From contig OZ059896.1 of NCBI GenBank assembly GCA_964057225.1, positions 19,158,001-19,222,000 on the forward strand: a stretch of DNA of 64,000 nucleotides. Direction: 5' to 3'. A program made the translations under genes and the position numbers. The DNA is from Auanema rhodensis. Taxonomy: Eukaryota; Animalia; Nematoda. Position 1 is the first letter of the stretch. Every line of letters begins with the position of its first letter. Of the stretch, positions 53,501 through 64,000 are shown one piece after another. The notes beneath the pieces were generated by a model that saw nothing but the letters and a program-made list of their open reading frames with translations, was not told where the DNA came from and did not search any database.

Positions 53501-56500
53501 AAATCGAGGATATAAGTGTGAACTTATATCAGTTGATATATCGGTGCATTTTTAAGCTAGCGCAAATCTCATAACACAGATCGACGCAGCTTAAAAATCC
53601 GCATCGAATGCACTATACTACATTGAGAAACGCTTAATACAAAAATTAGTTATGATCGTTTGAAAAATGATGCATTAGTGTATGTTGAGTTTCCATGTAC
53701 ACTCAACATTGCTTCCAAAAACATTTTGACAAAAATTTTTTCGAAAATTTTCAGAATAATTTAGCAAAAAGTAGATGTTTTCAGATTCCTTTTTTCAAGG
53801 CAAAGACGATGGACAATGTTATTCAACGAAAAAATTAATTCTTCAGGGTGAAAATCGAGGATATAAGTGTGAACTTATATCAGTTGATATCTCGGTGCAT
53901 TTTTAAGCTGGCGCAAATCTGATAACACAGATCGACGCAGCTTAAAAATCCGCATCGAATGCACTATACTACATTGAGAAACGCTTAATACAAAAATTAG
54001 TTATGATCGTTTGAAAAATGATGCATTAGTGTATGTTGAGTTTCCATGTACACTCAACATTGCTTCCAAAAACATTTCGACAAAAATTTTTTCGAAAAAT
54101 TTCAAGATAATTTAGCAAAAAGTAGATGTTTTTAGATTCCTTTTTTCAAGGCAAAGACGATGGACAATGTTATTCAACAAAAAAATTAATTCTTCAGGGT
54201 GAAAATCGAGGATATAAGTGTGAACTTATATCAGTTGATATCTCGGTGCATTTTTAAGCTAGCGCAAATCTGATAACACAGATCGACGCAGCTTAAAAAT
54301 CCGCATCGAATGCACTATACTACATTGAGAAACGCTTAATACAAAAATTAGTTATGATCGTTTGAAAAATGATGCATTAGTGTATGTTGAGTTTCCATGT
54401 ACACTCAACGTTGCTTCCAAAAACATTTCGACAAAAATTTTTTCGAAAAATTTCAAGATAATTTAGCAAAAAGTAGATGTTTTTAGATTCCTTTTTTCAA
54501 GGCAAAGACGATGGACAATGTTATTCAACAAAAAAATTAATTCTTCAGGGTGAAAATCGAGGATATAAGTGTGAACTTATATCAGTTGATATCTCGGTGC
54601 ATTTTTAAGCTAGCGCAAATCTGATAACACAGATCGATGCAGCTTAAAAATCCGCATCGAATGCACTATACTACATTGAGAAACGCTTAATACAAAAATT
54701 AGTTATGATCGTTTGAAAAATGATGCATTAGTGTATGTTGAGTTTCCATGTACACTCAACATTGCTTCCAAAAACATTTTGACAAAAATTTTTTCGAAAA
54801 ATTTCAAAATAATTTAGCAAAAAGTAGATGTTTTCAGATTCCTTTTTTCAAGGCAAAGACGATGGACAATGTTATTCAACGAAAAAATTAATTCTTCAGG
54901 GTGAAAATCGAGGATATGAGTGTGAACTTATATCAGTTGATATCTCGGTGCATTTTTAAGCTAGCGCAAATCTGATAACACAGATCGACGCAGCTTAAAA
55001 ATCCGCATCGAATGCACTATACTACATTGAGAAACGCTTAATACAAAAATTAGTTATGATCGTTTGAAAAATGATGCATTAGTGTATGTTGAGTTTCCAT
55101 GTACACTCAACATTGCTTCCAAAAACATTTTGACAAAAATTTTTTCAAAAAATTTCAAAATAATTTAGCAAAAAGTAGATGTTTTCAGATTCCTTTTTTC
55201 AAGGCAAAGACGATGGACAATGTTATTCAACGAAAAAATTAATTCTTCAGGGTGAAAATCGAGGATATGAGTGTGAACTTATATCAGTTGATATCTCGGT
55301 GCATTTTTAAGCTAGCGCAAATCTGATAACACAGATCGACGCAGCTTAAAAATCCGCATCGAATGCACTATACTACATTGAGAAACGCTTAATACGAAAA
55401 TTAGTTATGATCGTTTGAAAAATGATGCATTAGTGTATGTTGAGTTTCCATGTACACTCAACATTGCTTCCAAAAACATTTTGACAAAAATTTTTTCGAA
55501 AAGTTTCAAGATAATTTAGCGAAAAGTAGATGTTTTTAGATTCCTTTTTTCAAGGCAAAGACGATGGACAATGTTATTCAACGAAAAAATTAATTCTTCA
55601 GGGTGAAAATCGAGGATATGAGTGTGAACTTATATCAGTTGATATCTCGGTGCATTTTTAAGCTAGCGCAAATCTGATAACACAGATCGACGCAGCTTAA
55701 AAATCCGCATCGAATGCACTATAGTACATTGAGAAACGCTTAATACAAAAATTAGTTACGATCGTTTGAAAAATGATGCATTAGTGTATGTTGAGTTTCC
55801 ATGTACACTCAACATAGCTTCCAAAAACATTTTGACAAAAATTTTTTCAAAAAATTTCAAAATAATTTAGCAAAAAGTAGATGTTTTTAGATTCCTTTTT
55901 TCAAGGCAAAGACGATGGACAATGTTACTCAACGAAAAAATTAATTCTTCAGGGTGAAAATCGAGGATATAAGTGTGAACTTATATCAGTTGATATCTCG
56001 GTGCATTTTTAAGCTAGCGCAAATCTGATAACACAGATCGACGCAGCTTAAAAATCCGCATCGAATGCACTGTACTACATTGAGAAACGCTTAATACAAA
56101 AATTAGTTATGATCGTTTGAAAAATGATGCATTAGTGTATGTTGAGTTTCCATGTACACTCAACATTGCTTCCAAAAACATTTTGACAAAAATTTTTTCG
56201 AAAAATTTCAAAATAATTTAGCAAAAAGTAGATGTTTTTAGATTCCTTTTTTCAAGGCAAAGACGATGGACAATGTTACTCAACGAAAAAATTAATTCTT
56301 CAGGGTGAAAATCGAGGATATAAGTGTGAACTTATATCAGTTGATATCTCGGTGCATTTTTAAGCTAGCGCAAATCTGATAACACAGATCGACGCAGCTT
56401 AAAAATCCGCATCGAATGCACTGTACTACATTGAGAAACGATTAATACAAGAATTAGTTATGATCGTTTGAAAAATGATGCATTAGTGTATGTTGAGTTT

Positions 56501-59500
56501 TCATGTACACTCAACATTGCTTCCAAAAACATTTTGACAAAAATTTTTTCGAAAAATTTCAGAATAATTTAGCAAAAAGTAGATGTTTTTAGATTCCATT
56601 TCTCAAGGCAAAGACGATGGACAATGTTACTCAACGAAAAAATTAATTCTTCAGGGTGAAAATCGAGGATATAAGTGTGAACTTATATCAGTTGATATCT
56701 CGGTGCATTTTTAAGCTAGCGCAAATCTGATAACACAGATCGACGCAGCTTAAAAATCCGCATCGAATGCACTATACTACATTGAGAAACGCTTAATACA
56801 AAAATTAGTTATGATCGTTTGAAAAATGATGCATTAGTGTATGTTGAGTTTCCATGTACACTCAACATTGCTTCCAAAAACATTTTGACGAAAATTTTTT
56901 CGAAAAATTTCAAAATAATTTAGCAAAAAGTAGATGTTTTTAGATTCCTTTTTTCAAGGCAAAGACGATGGACAATGTTACTCAACAAAAAAATTAATTC
57001 TTCAGGGTGAAAATCGAGGATATAAGTGTGAACTTATATCAGTTGATATCTCGGTGCATTTTTAAGCTAGCGCAAATCTAATAACACAGATCGACGCAGC
57101 TTAAAAATCCGCATCGAATGCACTATACTACATTGAGAAACGCTTAATACAAAAATTAGTTATGATCGTTTGAAAAATGATGCATTAGTGTATGTTGAGT
57201 TTCCATGTACACTCAACATTGCTTCCAAAAACATTTTGACAAAAATTTTTTCGAAAAATTTCAAAATAATTTAGCAAAAAGTAGATGTTTTTAGATTTCT
57301 TTTTTCAAGGCAAAGACGATGGACAATGTTATTCAACGAAAAAATTAATTCTTCAGGGTGAAAATCGAGGATATAAGTGTGAACTTATATCAGTTGATAT
57401 CTCGGTGCATTTTTAAGCTAGCGCAAATCTGATAACACAGATCGACGCAGCTTAAAAATCCGCATCGAATGCACTGTACTACATTGAGAAACGCTTAATA
57501 CAAAAATTAGTTATGATCGTTTGAAAAATGATGCATTAGTGTATGTTGAGTTTCCATGTACACTCAACATTGCTTCCAAAAACATTTTGACGAAAATTTT
57601 TTCGAAAAATTTCAAAATAATTTAGCAAAAAATAGATGTTTTTAGATTCCTTTTTTCAAGGCAAAGACGATGGACAATGTTACTCAACAAAAAAATTAAT
57701 TCTTCAGGGTGAAAATCGAGGATATAAGTGTGAACTTATATCAGTTGATATCTCGGTGCATTTTTAAGCTAGCGCAAATCTGATAACACAGATCGACGCA
57801 GCTTAAAAATCCGCATCGAATGCACTATACTACATTGAGAAACGCTTAATACAAAAATTAGTTATGATCGTTTGAAAAATGATGCATTAGTGTATGTTGA
57901 GTTTCCATGTACACTCAACATTGCTTCCAAAAACATTTTGACAAAAATTTTTTCGAAAAATTTCAAAATAATTTAGCAAAAAGTAGATGTTTTTAGATTC
58001 CTTTTTTCAAGGCAAAGACGATGGACAATGTTACTCAACGAAAAAATTAATTCTTCAGGGTGAAAATCGAGGATATAAGTGTGAACTTATATCAGTTGAT
58101 ATCTCGGTGCATTTTTAAGCTAGCGCAAATCTGATAACACAGATCGACGCAGCTTAAAAATCCGCATCGAATGCACTGTACTACATTGAGAAACGATTAA
58201 TACAAGAATTAGTTATGATCGTTTGAAAAATGATGCATTAGTGTATGTTGAGTTTCCATGTACACTCAACATTGCTTCCAAAAACATTTTGACAAAAATT
58301 TTTTCGAAAAATTTCAAAATAATTTAGCAAAAAGTAGATGTTTTTAGATTCCATTTCTCAAGGCAAAGACGATGGACAATGTTACTCAACGAAAAAATTA
58401 ATTCTTCAGGGTGAAAATCGAGGATATAAGTGTGAACTTATATCAGTTGATATCTCGGTGCATTTTTAAGCTAGCGCAAATCTAATAACACAGATCGACG
58501 CAGCTTAAAAATCCGCATCGAATGCACTATACTACATTGAGAAACGCTTAATACAAAAATTAGTTATGATCGTTTGAAAAATGATGCATTAGTGTATGTT
58601 GAGTTTCCATGTACACTCAACATTGCTTCCAAAAACATTTTGACAAAAATTTTTTCGAAAAATTTCAAAATAATTTAGCAAAAAGTAGATGTTTTTAGAT
58701 TTCTTTTTTCAAGGCAAAGACGATGGACAATGTTATTCAACGAAAAAATTAATTCTTCAGGGTGAAAATCGAGGATATAAGTGTGAACTTATATCAGTTG
58801 ATATCTCGGTGCATTTTTAAGCTAGCGCAAATCTGATAACACAGATCGACGCAGCTTAAAAATCCGCATCGAATGCACTGTACTACATTGAGAAACGCTT
58901 AATACAAAAATTAGTTATGATCGTTTGAAAAATGATGCATTAGTGTATGTTGAGTTTCCATGTACACTCAACATTGCTTCCAAAAACATTTTGACGAAAA
59001 TTTTTTCGAAAAATTTCAAAATAATTTAGCAAAAAATAGATGTTTTTAGATTCCTTTTTTCAAGGCAAAGACGATGGACAATGTTACTCAACAAAAAAAT
59101 TAATTCTTCAGGGTGAAAATCGAGGATATAAGTGTGAACTTATATCAGTTGATATCTCGGTGCATTTTTAAGCTAGCGCAAATCTGATAACACAGATCGA
59201 CGCAGCTTAAAAATCCGCATCGAATGCACTATACTACATTGAGAAACGCTTAATACAAAAATTAGTTATGATCGTTTGAAAAATGATGCATTAGTGTATG
59301 TTGAGTTTCCATGTACACTCAACATTGCTTCCAAAAACATTTTGACAAAAATTTTTTCGAAAAATTTCAAAATAATTTAGCAAAAAGTAGATGTTTTTAG
59401 ATTCCTTTTTTCAAGGCAAAGACGATGGACAATGTTACTCAACGAAAAAATTAATTCTTCAGGGTGAAAATCGAGGATATAAGTGTGAACTTATATCAGT

Positions 59501-62500
59501 TGATATCTCGGTGCATTTTTAAGCTAGCGCAAATCTGATAACACAGATCGACGCAGCTTAAAAATCCGCATCGAATGCACTGTACTACATTGAGAAACGA
59601 TTAATACAAGAATTAGTTATGATCGTTTGAAAAATGATGCATTAGTGTATGTTGAGTTTCCATGTACACTCAACATTGCTTCCAAAAACATTTTGACAAA
59701 AATTTTTTCGAAAAATTTCAAAATAATTTAGCAAAAAGTAGATGTTTTTAGATTCCATTTCTCAAGGCAAAGACGATGGACAATGTTACTCAACGAAAAA
59801 ATTAATTCTTCAGGGTGAAAATCGAGGATATAAGTGTGAACTTATATCAGTTGATATCTCGGTGCATTTTTAAGCTAGCGCAAATCTGATAACACAGATC
59901 GACGCAGCTTAAAAATCCGCATCGAATGCACTATACTACATTGAGAAACGCTTAATACAAAAATTAGTTATGATCGTTTGAAAAATGATGCATTAGTGTA
60001 TGTTGAGTTTCCATGTACACTCAACATTGCTTCCAAAAACATTTTGACGAAAATTTTTTCGAAAAATTTCAAAATAATTTAGCAAAAAATAGATGTTTTT
60101 AGATTCCTTTTTTCAAGGCAAAGACGATGGACAATGTTACTCAACAAAAAAATTAATTCTTCAGGGTGAAAATCGAGGATATAAGTGTGAACTTATATCA
60201 GTTGATATCTCGGTGCATTTTTAAGCTAGCGCAAATCTGATAACACAGATCGACGCAGCTTAAAAATCCGCATCGAATGCACTATACTACATTGAGAAAC
60301 GCTTAATACAAAAATTAGTTATGATCGTTTGAAAAATGATGCATTAGTGTATGTTGAGTTTCCATGTACACTCAACATTGCTTCCAAAAACATTTTGACG
60401 AAAATTTTTTCGAAAAATTTCAAAATAATTTAGCAAAAAGTAGATGTTTTTAGATTCCTTTTTTCAAGGCAAAGACGATGGACAATGTTACTCAACAAAA
60501 AAATTAATTCTTCAGGGTGAAAATCGAGGATATAAGTGTGAACTTATATCAGTTGATATCTCGGTGCATTTTTAAGCTAGCGCAAATCTGATAACACAGA
60601 TCGACGCAGCTTAAAAATCCGCATCGAATGCACTATACTACATTGAGAAACGCTTAATACAAAAATTAGTTATGATCGTTTGAAAAATGATGCATTAGTG
60701 TATGTTGAGTTTCCATGTACACTCAACATTGCTTCCAAAAACATTTCGACAAAAATTTTTTCGAAAAATTTCAAGATAATTTAGCAAAAAGTAGATGTTT
60801 TTAGATTCCTTTTTTCAAGGCAAAGACGATGGACAGAGTTATTCAACAAAAAAATTAATTCTTCAGGGTGAAAATCGAGGATATAAGTGTGAACTTATAT
60901 CAGTTGATATCTCGGTGCATTTTTAAGCTAGCGCAAATCTCATAACACAGATCGACGCAGCTTAAAAATCCGCATCGAATGCACTATACTACATTGAGAA
61001 ACGCTTAATACAAAAATTAGTTATGATCGTTTGAAAAATGATGCATTAGTGTATGTTGAGTTTCCATGTACACTCAACATTGCTTCCAAAAACATTTTGA
61101 CAAAAATTTTTTCGAAAAATTTCAAAATAATTTAGCAAAAAGTAGATGTTTTTAGATTCCTTTTTTCAAGGCAAAGACGATGGACAGAGTTATTCAACAA
61201 AAAAATTAATTCTTCAGGGTGAAAATCGAGGATATAAGTGTGAACTTATATCAGTTGATATCTCGGTGCATTTTTAAGCTAGCGCAAATCTCATAACACA
61301 GATCGACGCAGCTTAAAAATCCGCATCGAATGCACTATACTACATTGAGAAACGCTTAATACAAAAATTAGTTATGATCGTTTGAAAAATGATGCATTAG
61401 TGTATGTTGAGTTTCCATGTACACTCAACATTGCTTCCAAAAACATTTTGACAAAAATTTTTTCAAAAAATTTCAAAATAATTTAGCAAAAAGTAGATGT
61501 TTTTAGATTCCTTTTTTCAAGGCAAAGACGATGGACAATGTTATTCAACGAAAAAATTAATTCTTCAGGGTGAAAATCGAGGATATAAGTGTGAACTTAT
61601 ATCAGTTGATATCTCAGTGCATTTTTAAGCTAGCGCAAATCTGATAACACAGATCGACGCAGCTTAAAAATCCGCATCGAATGCACTATACTACATTGAG
61701 AAACGCTTAATACAAAAATTAGTTATGATCGTTTGAAAAATGATGCATTAGTGTATGTTGAGTTTCCATGTACACTCAACGTTGCTTCCAAAAACATTTC
61801 GACAAAAATTTTTTCGAAAATTTTCAAGATAATTTAGCAAAAAGTAGATGTTTTTAGATTCCTTTTTTCAAGGCAAAGACGATGGACAATGTTATTCAAC
61901 AAAAAAATTAATTCTTCAGGGTGAAAATCGAGGATATAAGTGTGAACTTATATCAGTTGATATCTCGGTGCATTTTTAAGCTAGCGCAAATCTGATAACA
62001 CAGATCGACGCAGCTTAAAAATCCGCATCGAATGCACTATACTACATTGAGAAACGCTTAATACAAAAATTAGTTATGATCGTTTGAAAAATGATGCATT
62101 AGTGTATGTTGAGTTTCCATGTACACTCAACATTGCTTCCAAAAACATTTTGACAAAAATTTTTTCGAAAAATTTCAAAATAATTTAGCAAAAAGTAGAT
62201 GTTTTTAGATTCCTTTTTTCAAGGCAAAGACGATGGACAATGTTATTCAACGAAAAAATTAATTCTTCAGGGTGAAAATCGAGGATATAAGTGTGAACTT
62301 ATATCAGTTGATATCTCGGTGCATTTTTAAGCTAGCGCAAATCTGATAACACAGATCGACGCAGCTTAAAAATCCGCATCGAATGCACTATACTACATTG
62401 AGAAACGCTTAATACAAAAATTAGTTATGATCGTTTGAAAAATGATGCATTAGTGTATGTTGAGTTTCCATGTACACTCAACATTGCTTCCAAAAACATT

Positions 62501-64000
62501 TCGACAAAAATTTTTTCGAAAAATTTCAAGATAATTTAGCAAAAAGTAGATGTTTTTAGATTCCTTTTTTCAAGGCAAAGACGATGGACAATGTTATTCA
62601 ACAAAAAAATTAATTCTTCAGGGTGAAAATCGAGGATATAAGTGTGAACTTATATCAGTTGATATCTCGGTGCATTTTTAAGCTAGCGCAAATCCGATAA
62701 CACAGATCGACGCAGCTTAAAAATCCGCATCGAATGCACTATACTACATTGAGAAACGCTTAATACAAAAATTAGTTATGATCGTTTGAAAAATGATGCA
62801 TTAGTGTATGTTGAGTTTCCATGTACACTCAACATTGCTTCCAAAAACATTTTGACAAAAATTTTTTCGAAAAATTTCAAAATAATTTAGCAAAAAGTAG
62901 ATGTTTTTAGATTCCTTTTTTCAAGGCAAAGACGATGGACAATGTTATTCAACGAAAAAATTAATTCTTCAGGGTGAAAATCGAGGATATAAGTGTGAAC
63001 TTATATCAGTTGATATCTCGGTGCATTTTTAAGCTAGCGCAAATCTGATAACACAGATCGACGCAGCTTAAAAATCCGCATCGAATGCACTATACTACAT
63101 TGAGAAACGCTTAATACAAAAATTAGTTATGATCGTTTGAAAAATGATGCATTAGTGTATGTTGAGTTTCCATGTACACTCAACATTGCTTCCAAAAACA
63201 TTTTGACAAAAATTTTTTCGAAAAATTTCAAAATAATTTAGCAAAAAGTAGATGTTTTTAGATTCCTTTTTTCAAGGCAAAGACGATGGACAATGTTATT
63301 CAACAAAAAAATTAGTTCTTCAGGGTGAAAATCGAGTATATAAGTGTGAACTTATATCAGTTGATATCTCGGTGCATTTTTAAGCTAGCGCAAATCTGAT
63401 AACACAGATCGACGCAGCTTAAAAATCCGCATCGAATGCACTATACTACATTGAGAAACGCTTAATACAAAAATTAGTTATGATCGTTTGAAAAATGATG
63501 CATTAGTGTATGTTGAGTTTCCATGTACACTCAACATTGCTTCCAAAAACATTTTGACAAAAATTTTTTCGAAAATTTTCAGAATAATTTAGCAAAAAGT
63601 AGATGTTTTCAGATTCCTTTTTTCAAGGCAAAGACGATGGACAATGTTATTCAACGAAAAAATTAATTCTTCAGGGTGAAAATCGAGGATATAAGTGTGA
63701 ACTTATATCAGTTGATATCTCGGTGCATTTTTAAGCTGGCGCAAATCTGATAACACAGATCGACGCAGCTTAAAAATCCGCATCGAATGCACTATACTAC
63801 ATTGAGAAACGCTTAATACAAAAATTAGTTATGATCGTTTGAAAAATGATGCATTAGTGTATGTTGAGTTTCCATGTACACTCAACATTGCTTCCAAAAA
63901 CATTTCGACAAAAATTTTTTCGAAAAATTTCAAGATAATTTAGCAAAAAGTAGATGTTTTTAGATTCCTTTTTTCAAGGCAAAGACGATGGACAATGTTA
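49814..64000. repeat. Long-range duplication at lag 31 monomers (10881 bp): 49814-53119 repeated at 60695-64000
   Basis: TCTCAGTG at 50735/61616, ATCCGATA at 51814/62695 and AAGCTGGCG at 52857/63738 all have lag 10881 = 31 x 351. The second copy is cut by the window end. Confidence 0.9.
55781..60694. repeat. Local monomer subfamily (GTTACTC / CACTGTAC / TTGACG / CCATTTCTC) with 5-mer then 4-mer periodicity
   Basis: These variants were seen only in this block. AAACGATTAA occurs at 56441, 58196 and 59600 (lags 1755 and 1404). Confidence 0.82.

Larger units (their letters stand above)
1..64000. repeat. 351-bp satellite DNA tandem array (182 full monomers + 147-bp partial), single orientation, monomers differing by only a few substitutions
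   Basis: The anchor TTAGTGTATGTTGAGTTT recurs at 1, 352, 3511, 7021; then 7341, 10851, 14361, 31911, 34719; then 35072, 60695, 63854. The period is exactly 351 except for two indel-bearing monomers. No unique sequence interrupts the array, and it runs off both window ends. Confidence 0.99.

Noticed and set aside
1-64000. CRISPR array or other repeat-spacer system (hairpin-containing repeats at regular spacing)
   Set aside because: The sequence between the hairpins is as conserved as the hairpins themselves. There are no unique spacers, no leader and no cas genes.
1-64000. Giant repetitive protein gene (351 = 117 codons)
   Set aside because: The six-frame track shows nothing longer than 60 aa, so every frame is interrupted by stops within each monomer.

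Overview
The whole 64-kb window is one head-to-tail, single-orientation tandem array of a 351-bp AT-rich monomer (hand count of the consensus: about 31% GC). It holds 182 complete monomers plus a 147-bp partial (63854-64000). This is satellite DNA, most likely eukaryotic (peri)centromeric or heterochromatic; I cannot assign a family or species from the sequence alone. I found no credible genes, RNA genes, transposons or CRISPR arrays, and no new gene system. The register breaks only twice: a net -31 bp deletion (monomer 7021-7340), which creates the single listed ORF, and a +2 bp AT slippage (monomer 34719-35071). Monomer starts are 1+351k up to 7021, then 7341+351k up to 34719, then 35072+351k. 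The informative structure is at three scales. (i) Each monomer has two perfect 9-bp-stem dyads centred 175 bp apart, plus clustered A/T tracts. (ii) Rare SNPs reveal nested block duplications of 1, 2, 3, 4, 5, 7, 12 and 31 monomers. (iii) Two large variant domains (left of about 29.8 kb, right of about 32.3 kb) are separated by a more diverged zone. All SNP calls were read by eye.
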